64,000 bases of DNA from an uncultured Spirochaetota bacterium (GTDB lineage: Bacteria; Spirochaetota; Brevinematia; Brevinematales; JAOACQ01). Position 1 is the first letter of the stretch. Each line of letters starts with the position of its first letter. The stretch covers positions 1,216,001 to 1,280,000 of the forward strand of contig CAWIGG010000002.1 of NCBI GenBank assembly GCA_963835575.1, read 5' to 3'. Positions 10,171 to 20,710 of this stretch are shown here, piece by piece. The notes beneath the pieces were generated by a model. The model was not told where the DNA came from, searched no databases, and was given only the letters and a program-made list of their open reading frames with translations. The position numbers and the translations under genes were made by a program.

Positions 10171-11523
10171 ATGGAACGCAATAAAAGATTGGGCGAGGAG
10201 AAGATCGGCAAACTCCTCTGGTCTTTTTCCCTCCCCGCCATCAGCGCCATGCTTTTAAATGCCCTGTACGGCGTTGTTGACCGGATTTTTGTCGGAAGGG
10301 GCGTCGGTTCTCTCGCTATCGCAGGAGTGATGGTCGGACTTCCTATAATGCTGCTCATTATGGCCTGCGGAATGCTTATCGGTATCGGCGGAAGCGCCGC
10401 GCTTTCGATATTTCTCGGGCAGAATAAGAAAGAAGATGCTGAAAATACCATAGGAAACGCTGTGACGCTCTCCCTTATATTCAGCTTCCTGATAACTTCC
10501 TTAGGGCTTATTTTTCTTCATCCCCTTCTTCGTTCTTTCGGAGCGAGCAATGAAACCATACCCTATGCCGAAAAATTTGTCCGCATCATCCTGTCCGGTT
10601 CCCTGTTCGGGTTTTTAAGTTTCGGCATGAGTAATATCATCCGCGCGGAAGGCAACCCGATGTTCAGCATGGTAACGCAGATGACCGGCGCCGTTTTGAA
10701 CGCGGTTTTCTGCTATGTATTTATTTTCATATTCAAATGGGGTATTGAAGGTTCCGCCGCAGCTACAGTATTGGCGCAGTTCATCACAAGTGTTATGGTA
10801 ATGGGCTATTTTTATACCAAAAAAAGCATCATTCATGTACACTGGAAAAATTTAAGACTGAAAGCGGATATTGTTAAAAGAATACTGTCGATAGGCCTAT
10901 CGCCTTTTTCGATTCAGGCGGCGTTGGGAATTATGATGGCGATTTTTAATTTTCAGCTTGGAAAATACGGCGGCGATATCGCCATATCCGCCTGGGGCGC
11001 CATTAACAGCATCATGCTTTTTATCCTGATGCCGATCTTCGGCTTAAACCAGGGATCACAGCCCATCATAGGCTTTAATTTCGGCGCTAAAAACTGTCCG
11101 AGGATACGGGAAACGCTGAAATTGACGATATTTGTCTCCACCATAATTGTATTTACCGGCTTTATAATCATCCAGATTTTCGCCCGGCCGATCATCAGCG
11201 CTTTTTCAACAAATGACGCCCATCTTGTCGATGTCGGCTCAACAGGCCTGAGAATCTTTCTTGCAATGCTGCCCGTTGTCGGTTTCCAGATCAGCGGCTC
11301 TAATTATTTTCAATCGATAGGCAAGCCTCTTTATTCCATTATGCTCACATTATCACGGCAGATCCTGCTTCTCATCCCTCTGGTCTTGATCCTTCCCCAC
11401 TTTCTTGGTCTATTCGGTATCTGGCTGGCGGGCCCTGTTTCGGATTTTCTTTCATTCCTTCTGACACTGACATTTATTTTAAGGGAACTCAAGAAGCTCA
11501 AAACATTAGAGCGCTGTGTATAA
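10171..11523 (+). CDS. MATE-family efflux transporter (MepA-like)
   Basis: LGEEKIGKLL, YGVVDRIFVG, IIRAEGNP, QPIIGFNFGA; about 12 hydrophobic segments. Confidence 0.93.
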   Translation: MERNKRLGEEKIGKLLWSFSLPAISAMLLNALYGVVDRIFVGRGVGSLAIAGVMVGLPIMLLIMACGMLIGIGGSAALSIFLGQNKKEDAENTIGNAVTLSLIFSFLITSLGLIFLHPLLRSFGASNETIPYAEKFVRIILSGSLFGFLSFGMSNIIRAEGNPMFSMVTQMTGAVLNAVFCYVFIFIFKWGIEGSAAATVLAQFITSVMVMGYFYTKKSIIHVHWKNLRLKADIVKRILSIGLSPFSIQAALGIMMAIFNFQLGKYGGDIAISAWGAINSIMLFILMPIFGLNQGSQPIIGFNFGAKNCPRIRETLKLTIFVSTIIVFTGFIIIQIFARPIISAFSTNDAHLVDVGSTGLRIFLAMLPVVGFQISGSNYFQSIGKPLYSIMLTLSRQILLLIPLVLILPHFLGLFGIWLAGPVSDFLSFLLTLTFILRELKKLKTLERCV

Positions 11524-11535
11524 GGAGCTTATGCG

Positions 11536-12078
11536 ATGAAATTTCTTGAATTGATTAAAAAACGGTATAGTGTCCGGAGTTATCAGAATAAAAAAGTTGA
11601 AAAAGTTAAAATTGAGCGCTGTATTGAGGCAGCCCGGCTGGCCCCATCGGCCTGCAATGCCCAGCCCTGGAAATTTATTGTTGTTGATGATCCGCTGTTA
11701 AAGGAAAAAGTAGCAAAAGCGACTTTCGGGAATGTCATATCTTTCAATCATTTTACCATGCAGGCGCCTGTCATGATTGTAATCGCGGCGGAAAAACCCG
11801 CCGTCCTGCCCTCAATCGGCAGTCAGATTAAAAATCTCCCCTATTATCTTATGGATATAGGCATGGCCGCTGAGCATTTCTGCCTTCAGGCCGCTGAGGA
11901 AGGCCTGGGAAGCTGTATGCTCGGCTGGTTTAATGAAAAGTCTGTAAAAAAAACACTTTCTATTCCGAAAAGCAGAAAAATAGCGCTTTTACTTACGCTC
12001 GGTTATCCGGCAAAAGAAGAAACACCCAAAAAAATACGCAAAGAACCGGATCAGATTTCAAGTTATAATATCTATTAA
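11536..12078 (+). CDS. Nitroreductase-family protein
   Basis: RYSVRSY, APSACNAQPWKF, GLGSCMLG, LGYP. Confidence 0.93.
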   Translation: MKFLELIKKRYSVRSYQNKKVEKVKIERCIEAARLAPSACNAQPWKFIVVDDPLLKEKVAKATFGNVISFNHFTMQAPVMIVIAAEKPAVLPSIGSQIKNLPYYLMDIGMAAEHFCLQAAEEGLGSCMLGWFNEKSVKKTLSIPKSRKIALLLTLGYPAKEETPKKIRKEPDQISSYNIY

Positions 12079-12155
12079 AGCTAATTATACTCTTGCCTAA
12101 TTTTTCATTTCACAGTATTATTATTGGAATAAACATCAGATAAAGAGGATTATTT

Positions 12156-13796
12156 ATGTCCCGTGATGCGAATGAGATCATAGGTAAATTTATCAGGCGC
12201 GCTTTCTGGATGACAGACCCGCAGTCCGCCGAATTCAGGCTGTTTTTTCTGGAAATGATCACGGAACTCAGAAACCTGTCCGGCAGGGATTTTAACGCGG
12301 ATATAACACTGGATGATCTGAAACGGACCGTATCGAATATTACCGACAAATACCCTGTCATAAAAAAGATTTCCCTCAACACCGTCTTTAAAACACTCAA
12401 CGCCATGGATTCGTTTGCCAAAGCCGGAGATCTTTTTTCCATCGCTTCGGCTGTTTCGACCTCTTTTCTATCAATCGGAATGCTCTTTATAGGCCCTATG
12501 CCGTATCTTTTATTAAAAGTATTCGCCCCTAACCGTTTAAAATGCGGTGTGATCATGGGAGTGGGCGGCTTGATCGGACTCGAGCTGTATGATACAAAGC
12601 CCACGCCGGTTATACGGAAACGGAATAAATTCTCACCGGCCACAATCATATCGGGCATTTTTTTTACGGTTCTCCTCCTGTTGTCCATCTTTTTAATCCA
12701 GGTACCATTTTTTTATCGTCTTCTAACTTTTCTCTGTTCCGGTATTCTTTTCTTATTCTTTATCTCGAGCCTCAGCCTCGATATTTTCAATCTGAATAGC
12801 AGAAAGAAAACAAAGGATCCCGCTGATCATGAAATTTTTCAGTTTAATATCAATACCGATAGAACGCTTTCTTCCCATTTCAAACTGGATAATGAAGAAG
12901 CCCGCTTTCTTTTCAGTCTTCAATATACCCTGGCCGAATCCAACATCGAGATGACCGTGGATCCGAAAATCAAAGGGAATAAAAGGATCTGGCTTGATAA
13001 ATGGAAAACCAGCATAGAAGCCGAAATCAGCCGCAAACTTGTCACCAGCCGGGCAATATTGGAAGAGGCTATTTTCGGGCCCATGCAGCGCCTATCAAAA
13101 TTAAAAAGAAACCTGATCTATCTTGAGTGCGCTCTTTTTAAGCCGTTTTTCCCCATTGTGGAATTAAAAAATATAGTCATTCCTGAAAAGGAAAGGACAA
13201 TTTCCCAGAATAATCTGACGGAACTTTCCCGGTCAATGAACATTACAATCCCGCCGAAGATTATTCAAAGTACATATCAATCTTCAATTCAGACGATCAG
13301 TGTGGTCAATCTGATAAAAAAAATCACACAGAGCCTGATCACGCCGTCTTTCGGAGGCTTTGCTCCTTTTTCCGTGATCCAGGATTATACCGGACTGGTC
13401 AAGACATCAACGGCAGTGAGCATCGGAGGCATCGGTAAAATACCGAAAAAAAAGGACCTGATTACTCAGGAAAATTCCTATATCATAGGCGGAGGGATTA
13501 TTCTTGAAAAAGAAATGTTCCCGCTTCTCAGCCAGATAGCGGAATACAGCTCCAATGCCGTACTTTCACAGCTGGCCCGGCTGGCTGCTTCATTTAAATT
13601 ATTTTCCGGCGAACTGCCGGATTATATAAACCAGCTGGAATCGATGCTAACGCTTGAAACCCAGCTGAGAGATACGCTGGTAAAAGTATATAATAATAAA
13701 GGAGCGGACCGCGAAGAACTCCGGCAGTCAATTCATTTCCTGGAAATGGGTATAAAATTAAGCAGGGACACGGCCGAGAAAGCAAAGAGGAGATGA
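12156..13796 (+). CDS. Hypothetical membrane protein
   Basis: 546-aa ORF with GAGG RBS and about 4 hydrophobic segments in the N-terminal half; family not recognised. Confidence 0.7.
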   Translation: MSRDANEIIGKFIRRAFWMTDPQSAEFRLFFLEMITELRNLSGRDFNADITLDDLKRTVSNITDKYPVIKKISLNTVFKTLNAMDSFAKAGDLFSIASAVSTSFLSIGMLFIGPMPYLLLKVFAPNRLKCGVIMGVGGLIGLELYDTKPTPVIRKRNKFSPATIISGIFFTVLLLLSIFLIQVPFFYRLLTFLCSGILFLFFISSLSLDIFNLNSRKKTKDPADHEIFQFNINTDRTLSSHFKLDNEEARFLFSLQYTLAESNIEMTVDPKIKGNKRIWLDKWKTSIEAEISRKLVTSRAILEEAIFGPMQRLSKLKRNLIYLECALFKPFFPIVELKNIVIPEKERTISQNNLTELSRSMNITIPPKIIQSTYQSSIQTISVVNLIKKITQSLITPSFGGFAPFSVIQDYTGLVKTSTAVSIGGIGKIPKKKDLITQENSYIIGGGIILEKEMFPLLSQIAEYSSNAVLSQLARLAASFKLFSGELPDYINQLESMLTLETQLRDTLVKVYNNKGADREELRQSIHFLEMGIKLSRDTAEKAKRR

Positions 13797-13816
13797 GGGC
13801 TGTATTATTCATGCAT

Positions 13817-13960
13817 AGACTTATCCAAAAAGTTTTGAAATAGACCCGCTGGTTTGTACCAAATGCGGCAGTGACATAAAGATCATTCCGGTTTTACAGA
13901 CCGGTTGTTAGTGAGATGTGATGATTTTTTTCTATCAATCTGGCGGCAGAGGGCGCCACA
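13817..13960 (+). pseudogene. Remnant of an IS91-family transposase C-terminus
   Basis: With one frameshift it reads RLIQKV(F)EIDPLVCTKCGSDIKII...LSIWRQRAP, matching the DPLxCxxCG...RAPP tail of IS91-like transposases. Confidence 0.65.
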
Positions 13961-14046
13961 ACGCCGGAATGCGGTCTCTCACTCATCTTTTCAATCGGGA
14001 CTTACCCGCCAAAACCCTTGCTTTTGCGGCCTGAGAAAATTTACGG

Positions 14047-16524
14047 TTATTCCTGGTTGAGGAGGGCGTTTAAAAGGGAAAAGATATAGGAATGATACCC
14101 GAGATAATTCAACTGATAATCCTTGAGCAGTTCTACCAGGCCGGATTTATTATTAACCCCTGTCTTGGAGTAAATAAATCCGATATGTCCTTTGACAGTA
14201 CTTTCAGAAATAAACAATTTTTTTGCGACTTCACGGGTTTTATATCCCTGTAAAAGCAGTAAAAGGATCTCTTTTTCCCTTGGGCTCAAACGGTATTTCT
14301 TGAAGAATTCATCCTGCGGCATGGTTACAGATGACAGGATCGGTTTTACATCAATGGCATTCCACCGGAGAGTATCAGTTTTATCCGGTTTTCTGACAGC
14401 AGAAATATTTACCAGCAAGGTACTGATATTCTCAGCAGATTTATATGATTGTTTTCCTGATTTTGGTATAATTTTTAACTCGGCATATTGAACTTCCTTT
14501 CCAGCCAGGGCTTTTCCGGCCAGCACTTTCATATATTTCTGTTCTTCCGGCCGGAGAAAATCCAGTAAAGATATTTCCCGGATTAAATCCGAGTTACTGA
14601 TATTAAGGCTTTTTTCACCCATCCGGTTGATAAATTTTATAACAAAATTCAGGTCTGTCTCTATCAGTATAGTCGGGAGAAGTATAGCCATTTCACGGAA
14701 TCGTTCTTCTTTTTTTTCTATTTCAATTTTTGCCGTTCTAAGATTTTCCAGTGCCTTTTTCCATTTATCAAATAAATTGATCACATGAAGTATGTTTGAC
14801 ACTTCTTCACGGATCGTGTCATAAGCCAGGGGATTAATTTCTGAGATTTCGAAACGGATAATCCCAAAACGGTTATTTTCATAAACAATCGGTAATAATA
14901 AAACTACAGAAGGTTTTTCTACCGGATAGAGAATATCAGAAAAAATATCTCCTGTTTTTTTTTCCTGATGAATTTCTGAAGCCATGTTCCTCTGGTTCTT
15001 ACGATAGTTCATTAATATAAGGGTTTGCTCAGGTATATTCTCATGAATCCCCGGTATATTTGGAAATAGTTCTATAGTACAGCCGGGAATGCCCATCTGG
15101 GGAAGTTCACGATTGAGAATATTTGCCAGTTTGTCATAATCCGGTGAAAGACTCGTATCCCGGGTAATAATTCTGAGATGATAGAGTATTGCCTCCATAC
15201 CTTCAGCTCTGGCTACTTCGCACCTTTGAATCCATTTGGTCAGAAGAAAAGAGGCGTTTAAAAAAATACTTTCAATATTATTCTGTTCCAATATGGGCAT
15301 CTCAATAATTTGACTCAGAATTTCATCTCTGATAATTGTCAGTATTTTCTGCCAGCTGACAATATTGATAATCCGGGAAGAATGCTGCCCTAGAATTTCA
15401 TTAAAAACCATTAAAAACATAGGATTGGATTTCCTGTTTTTTAAATCAAAATACAGTGAATCTAAAAGAACCGTTATGCTATGGCGGAGATTAGAGATCT
15501 CCTTATTTTCCAGGATCATCTCTTCAATTCTATCGGAAACCGCTGTCTTTACCAGATTAAATTTTTCATCAAGGCTATCCGGCCAAATATCCGGTGATTC
15601 ATCATAACCAGAAACAGTTTTTAACGATTTTTCCGAAGCCGGTATATTCCTCCTGTAAACCGGAAAACATCCGCAGGATTCACGAATAATCAGCCTTGTC
15701 GGCAGGAACAATTCTTGAGGAACTTCCTGCCCCTGAGCAGCCTGGAACAGAATTTCCAATGCTTTCCGGCCTTGTTCAAAAATCGGCTGATAGACGGTCG
15801 TGAGCGGCGGATTCATCAATTCTGCATCCGCCACATCATCAAATCCGACCAGGCCGCAGAAAGCAGGAATATCCAGCCCATGAGTACGCAAAACCCTCAG
15901 AAAAGAAATTGCCATATCATCATTGGAGGATACAACGGCATCGAGTGCTATCTTCTTCTTCAGAATGTTTTCCGCGATATATCCCCCATATTCATAACTG
16001 AAATTTCCGGAAAAAATATACTTTTTCTGAAAAGGAATACGATATTTTTTCAGGGCATCGATATATCCGCGAAGCCGTGCGCGTGCTTCCATATTACTCA
16101 GAGAACCGGTAATAAAGCCGATCCTGCTGTAACTATGGGTCTCTATAAGATGTTCCACAGCCTCCCGCATTCCATTCCGGTTATCTATAAATACACCGGG
16201 TATTCCGGGAATCCGGACACCAATACTGACTTTCGGTCCCGGAAAAAGATCACAGTATTCCCGGAACCGGTCATATCCCATGAAATTTCCCAGTGAACTG
16301 GATGCAAAAATCAGTCCCTCTATTTCCGGTGAGTGTGCCAGATCATAAATAAAATTGTGATTATTATCTTCAGGTATTGGCGAATCAAGATTTCTTCCTG
16401 AAATCATTGCAATCCGTACTGATCTTTCCCTGGCTGCGGAGATAACACCTCTCCATAGAGGTAAATGATACCTACCTTCAATCTGGTTGATTAAAAGTCC
16501 AAATATTTTACTGCTGGTTTTCAT
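14047..16524 (-). CDS. One-component regulator: LacI-type sugar-binding domain, PAS-like domain and C-terminal LuxR HTH
   Basis: IDNRNGM, SNDDMA, VGFDD, PPLTTVYQP, LIIRESCGC; C-terminal LSPREKEIL...LFISESTVKGHI. Start uncertain (16524 or 16590). Confidence 0.88.
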   Translation of the reverse strand: MKTSSKIFGLLINQIEGRYHLPLWRGVISAARERSVRIAMISGRNLDSPIPEDNNHNFIYDLAHSPEIEGLIFASSSLGNFMGYDRFREYCDLFPGPKVSIGVRIPGIPGVFIDNRNGMREAVEHLIETHSYSRIGFITGSLSNMEARARLRGYIDALKKYRIPFQKKYIFSGNFSYEYGGYIAENILKKKIALDAVVSSNDDMAISFLRVLRTHGLDIPAFCGLVGFDDVADAELMNPPLTTVYQPIFEQGRKALEILFQAAQGQEVPQELFLPTRLIIRESCGCFPVYRRNIPASEKSLKTVSGYDESPDIWPDSLDEKFNLVKTAVSDRIEEMILENKEISNLRHSITVLLDSLYFDLKNRKSNPMFLMVFNEILGQHSSRIINIVSWQKILTIIRDEILSQIIEMPILEQNNIESIFLNASFLLTKWIQRCEVARAEGMEAILYHLRIITRDTSLSPDYDKLANILNRELPQMGIPGCTIELFPNIPGIHENIPEQTLILMNYRKNQRNMASEIHQEKKTGDIFSDILYPVEKPSVVLLLPIVYENNRFGIIRFEISEINPLAYDTIREEVSNILHVINLFDKWKKALENLRTAKIEIEKKEERFREMAILLPTILIETDLNFVIKFINRMGEKSLNISNSDLIREISLLDFLRPEEQKYMKVLAGKALAGKEVQYAELKIIPKSGKQSYKSAENISTLLVNISAVRKPDKTDTLRWNAIDVKPILSSVTMPQDEFFKKYRLSPREKEILLLLLQGYKTREVAKKLFISESTVKGHIGFIYSKTGVNNKSGLVELLKDYQLNYLGYHSYIFSLLNALLNQE

Positions 16525-16591
16525 GCATTCAGCCCCGTTTAAAAAACGAACATCTAAAGCTATTATAGGAACACCCTCCTTATTTGTCAAT

Positions 16592-16624
16592 AAAAAAAAA
16601 GCCCCGCGCTAGCGCGGGGCTTTT
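16592..16624. terminator. Intrinsic terminator of the lipoprotein cluster (possibly bidirectional)
   Basis: A9-GCCCCGCG-ctag-CGCGGGGC-TTTT, about 20 nt after the stop at 16644. Confidence 0.85.
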
Positions 16625-16643
16625 AACTATTTTGATTCCGTTT

Positions 16644-17438
16644 TTACCATAGATTTGAAACAGCAAGATTGTCCAGATAGAATATTGTATCCTGATTGGT
16701 GGAGGAGCTGACAAACTGGATTCTAACCTTGCTAAAGTTCGTCCATGAGGCAGTGTTGGTGAGAGAACTGCTGGCATAGCCGATAATGCTGTTTGTGTTA
16801 GAGATGAAAGAAGAAATGTGGCACCATGTATCGGCGACAACGGAAGAAGTATAATAGACTGAATAAATCGGGCTATAGGAGGGAGTATAAAACTCCCATT
16901 GGATAGCTGTCATGTTAGCGCGGCAGGCGGCGGGAACATAAATGTCAAAATTTATGGTGAAATTCTGTCCGCTCATGTCGATCGTCCCTGACAAATTCCA
17001 TTGTATTTCCACACCGGTGGAACCGCTTTGATTCGTTGAATATGCATGCACCTGAACACATGCGTTGGCGCCGACATTTGTTAAGATGGCATTATCGGTA
17101 ATGGCCGGACTGCCGCTGGTAAGATTTCCTTTAGACAGATAGGGCCCGCCGGCCGAAGTATCGAAGTTCTGGTTGATAGCCACTATCGATATGAAACTGC
17201 TGGCACTGCTGCTCGATATTTCCGAGGACGCTGATGATGCTGCTAACGAACTGGCTGCCGCAGAGGAAGCCGTAGAAGCGCTTGAGCTCGATGAATCCAA
17301 CGAACTGGCTGGTACAGAGGACGCTGAAGATACGCTTGAGTTCGAGGATGTGTCGGACGAGGAAGAGTTCGGGGCAGTCGAACATCCCATTAAAGTGAAT
17401 AACGCTAAAACAGATGCTGCAAATAATAATTTTTTCAT
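16644..17438 (-). CDS. Lipoprotein with poly-Ser linker and an uncharacterised C-terminal domain (paralogue 1)
   Basis: Lipobox LMGC; about 60-aa Ser/Ala linker; domain shared with the genes at 22425 and 23126-25507. Confidence 0.85.
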   Translation of the reverse strand: MKKLLFAASVLALFTLMGCSTAPNSSSSDTSSNSSVSSASSVPASSLDSSSSSASTASSAAASSLAASSASSEISSSSASSFISIVAINQNFDTSAGGPYLSKGNLTSGSPAITDNAILTNVGANACVQVHAYSTNQSGSTGVEIQWNLSGTIDMSGQNFTINFDIYVPAACRANMTAIQWEFYTPSYSPIYSVYYTSSVVADTWCHISSFISNTNSIIGYASSSLTNTASWTNFSKVRIQFVSSSTNQDTIFYLDNLAVSNLW

Positions 17439-17503
17439 AAAACCTCCTTTAATTTTATACTCTAGATTTTGTACTTAAAATTTTATACAAAATATCTGTT
17501 TTG

Positions 17504-18598
17504 CTAGGGAGTTACTGTCAGGGATCCGGCATCCATCGATATTTCGTAAAACCCATGCGGGTCCCAGTTTAACACGTTTGTTCCCTGCTTGACCGTGCCG
17601 CCGCCGTTGCTGATGCGGAGATACATACCGGCCGGAAAGTGGTCCGGAAGGGCCCAGCTCCATATCGTGTTGCTTCCGGTATCAACCGGTGTTACTGCCG
17701 ATAAAACCTTCTGCGCTCTCCAGTAGGCCCCGACCCTGGCGACTGTGTCAATCCACATCCAGCCCAGAGCTTTGGCATGCTCCATGCTTCCAGTGACATT
17801 TGCGGTATCGACAGGGGCATACCAATTGGCTCCAGGCAGGATTGTATGGTAGAGGAAAACCAGCCATGTTCCGTTTATATAGTCTGAATCAAGATGACCA
17901 TTCAGGTCTGATGCGGTTTCTCCGCCGGATGCCATATAGACCGGCAGTCTGAACGGGTCTGTGCCGTCGTTCGGCGCAATTGTTCCATTGGCGACCCCGC
18001 GGTTGAGAAAGTACCTATTACTTGCGTATGTTATCCATTGTGTATCACCGTATGGAGAAGCCATGGTCACGACATTGCTCCCGCCTAACTGATCGATAAT
18101 ATATTGCATGTTCGAATCGATTTCTTCAAGCTGGGTGGAAAACGGCGTTCCGCCTGTGCCGGAGTCTGAAAGATCGGCATGAGAATGATGAAATGTGTGA
18201 TTGCCGATCTCATGCCCGTCTTTGACTGCCTGAGACCAGAGGAATTCAAAATTAGCCGATGTATTGCTCCATCCGGCACAGATATAAAATGTCAGGTGAA
18301 CGCCTTCCTCCTGAAGCAAGCTGTAATTCTGGACCTGTGAAGGCTGACCGTCATCGAAAGAGTACGATACTGCGGCCTTAAATCCTGCCCAGTTCAATAT
18401 GATCAGGCTGCCGGGAGCGCCGGCCGGCTTGGGCACATTGGTTGCCGGAGGATAGGGCAGCCCGGAAATTGTACTGTTCCCTTCCGACCCGAATGAAGGG
18501 ACGGATGAAGAGTTGCTGCTGGTGGAAGATCCGGAATCGGAAGAGGGCTGGACTGAACAGGCCGTCAGCATTATAAAGAAAAAAGTGAATACTTTCAT
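17504..18598 (-). CDS. Lipoprotein polysaccharide deacetylase (CE4/NodB-like)
   Basis: Lipobox LTAC, Ser linker, VSYSFDDG, GHEIGNHTFHH, SPYG, VFLYH. Confidence 0.85.
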   Translation of the reverse strand: MKVFTFFFIMLTACSVQPSSDSGSSTSSNSSSVPSFGSEGNSTISGLPYPPATNVPKPAGAPGSLIILNWAGFKAAVSYSFDDGQPSQVQNYSLLQEEGVHLTFYICAGWSNTSANFEFLWSQAVKDGHEIGNHTFHHSHADLSDSGTGGTPFSTQLEEIDSNMQYIIDQLGGSNVVTMASPYGDTQWITYASNRYFLNRGVANGTIAPNDGTDPFRLPVYMASGGETASDLNGHLDSDYINGTWLVFLYHTILPGANWYAPVDTANVTGSMEHAKALGWMWIDTVARVGAYWRAQKVLSAVTPVDTGSNTIWSWALPDHFPAGMYLRISNGGGTVKQGTNVLNWDPHGFYEISMDAGSLTVTP

Positions 18599-18617
18599 AA
18601 ATAAACCTCTGTAATCC

Positions 18618-18654
18618 GGGACAATTCTAAAAACTTAGTTTTTTAGAACCGCCC
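18618..18654. repeat. Palindromic REP/MITE-end-like element
   Basis: GGGACAATTCTAAAAACTTAGTTTTTTAGAACCGCCC; same family as 9651 and 43109. Confidence 0.65.
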
Positions 18655-18682
18655 AACATTTTATGCGGCTGTTTGGATGCAA

Positions 18683-20710
18683 TTATTTACCAAACTGCCA
18701 GTAATCAATTACAAAAGAATTGACAACATTTACAGTGAACCGCAAATAAAGGTCATGCACACCGCTTATATTACTGACTGCCGTAGTGATATTGGTCCAA
18801 CCGGAAGTATTGGTAAAAGTCAGGGAACCTATTTTTGAACCGGAACCCTGCGGACTGTCAATCCATATATCAATTCTCCCGCCGGCCGATCCTGCTGATA
18901 CTTTAGCGGTAAAGGTCACTGCTCCGGTGTCAAAATCCACGCTTTTATATTTAATACAGCTTCCATTGATAATATTGCTGACAATGATCTGACCGGCGGA
19001 CAGAGCCAGCGTCTTAATATATCCGTACTGCCGGTTCATAGTTTCAGCCTGAACAACAGAGTAAGGGTCCATATTTTTCAATTTCTCCACCCCGTTGGTC
19101 GTCTGAACTACTCTGATAATCAATCCATCCGTATCGTAGTAAAGCCGGTCCATGCAGACACTTCTATGATACGCCGTGGATGCGCCCTCCAGGGTTGCCA
19201 GTGTCCGGTCATGGTAGAAGATGTACCAATTCGTACCGATCTGACCGATGGATGCATGATTGTTGTTGCCGTAATTGACAGGAGGATTATCCAGAATCGT
19301 ACCTTTATAGACAAAATTGGACATCGGATTGTCGCTTATCATATAATCAATTGTGGCGTTAGGAGCGCCGGAAAAGTCGGTGGAATAGGAGAAGTAATAT
19401 TTTCCATTGTATTTATGCATATAGGAAGCCTCGAAAAAGCGCGGGGCATCAATTGTCAAAGCCGTTCCGGCTGTATCCAGCATATCAGCGCTGAGTTTGA
19501 TTACCCGTGCATTTCCCGGGCCGCCGCCGCCGAAATACATATAGCCCTGCCCGTCATCATCCACAAAAACCGCCGGATCAAAGCAATAAGTAAGATTGGA
19601 AGCTCCGGGAGTATTTCTGGTAATGATAGCATGGCCGACAGGGTCAGTCCAGGGCCCTTTAGGGGATGAGCTGGTAACGACTCCTATGTTATCTCCGCCG
19701 TTGCCGAAATACATATAATAAATATTGCTTCTGCAGACGATGGAAGGCGCATAGGTGTGAAAAGCCCAGGGTACGGTTTCTACTGTTGATACCGGCTCCC
19801 CGAGATCAGTCCAGTTGACCAGGTCATCCGATGAAAAGACGGAAACATCATTTATAACGTACGAGCTCTGACTGTCCAGATCGTGGGAAGTATAAAGATA
19901 GACCCGGTTATTGTAAAATCCGAAAACAGGATCCGCAGTGAATTTCTGGGAGATAATTGGATTCCCGAGATCCATAAACCATTGCGGTATATTTCCGCTC
20001 AGGTCCGGTATACTGCTGGAAGAGGAAGAACTGCCGGTCTGGCTTCCTGACGTCCCGCGAAAATAGGCGGCTTTCAAATCGAATTCCAATACCCCGGTGC
20101 CGTCAAAATGAATGCCCATAAGGCGCGGTATTTCCAAGGCATAGCCTACAATCTGGTTGACCGGAATGACCACCGTATGCCACTGGCCGTCGCTAACAAG
20201 GCCGTAAGGCGTCAGATCATTCCACCCGGGATAATCCGGTTCCAGCTGGATATTCAACTGGGCTGTAGCGGCAGCGAGCCGGATGATGAGGACAAGACTT
20301 CCGTTGGTAAAACGGCTGAAATCGGTTCCGTTTACCGGACCGGTACTATCCGGGTTTAGCTTGACACCGCTGCTTCCGGAAGTCTTATCTGCCCTAATAT
20401 GGACATAATTACTTCCATCAGTATCAACTCTGTTGGAAACGGTTGCCGTTCCCCAGGTATCGATATGGGAATGCGGCATCAATGGAAGACCGTCGCCGTA
20501 AAACGCAAGGATTTCAGCGCTTTGGGATGGTGCAGATGATTTAGAAGCCGAAGAACCGGAGTTTCCTGCCTGGATTGAACATGCCGACAGCAATACAAAA
20601 GCCAGGATACAAAACACTTTCAAAAACAGTCTCCTCTTTATTAATATTTTTGCCATTGCAAAAAACCGGACTGCGCCCGCAGGACTCAGTCCGGTCCCTT
20701 TATTTTTCAA
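18683..20710 (-). CDS. Lipoprotein GH43 glycoside hydrolase (arabinofuranosidase/xylosidase-like) with C-terminal CBM6-like domain
   Basis: Lipobox LSAC; NPIISQKFTADP, SSDDLVNWTD, YAP, FDPAVFVDDDG, FFEA, NNHAS; CBM6-like QAET...VDF...GVHDLYL. True start is probably TTG 20623, after AGGAG. Confidence 0.9.
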   Translation of the reverse strand: MKNKGTGLSPAGAVRFFAMAKILIKRRLFLKVFCILAFVLLSACSIQAGNSGSSASKSSAPSQSAEILAFYGDGLPLMPHSHIDTWGTATVSNRVDTDGSNYVHIRADKTSGSSGVKLNPDSTGPVNGTDFSRFTNGSLVLIIRLAAATAQLNIQLEPDYPGWNDLTPYGLVSDGQWHTVVIPVNQIVGYALEIPRLMGIHFDGTGVLEFDLKAAYFRGTSGSQTGSSSSSSSIPDLSGNIPQWFMDLGNPIISQKFTADPVFGFYNNRVYLYTSHDLDSQSSYVINDVSVFSSDDLVNWTDLGEPVSTVETVPWAFHTYAPSIVCRSNIYYMYFGNGGDNIGVVTSSSPKGPWTDPVGHAIITRNTPGASNLTYCFDPAVFVDDDGQGYMYFGGGGPGNARVIKLSADMLDTAGTALTIDAPRFFEASYMHKYNGKYYFSYSTDFSGAPNATIDYMISDNPMSNFVYKGTILDNPPVNYGNNNHASIGQIGTNWYIFYHDRTLATLEGASTAYHRSVCMDRLYYDTDGLIIRVVQTTNGVEKLKNMDPYSVVQAETMNRQYGYIKTLALSAGQIIVSNIINGSCIKYKSVDFDTGAVTFTAKVSAGSAGGRIDIWIDSPQGSGSKIGSLTFTNTSGWTNITTAVSNISGVHDLYLRFTVNVVNSFVIDYWQFGK

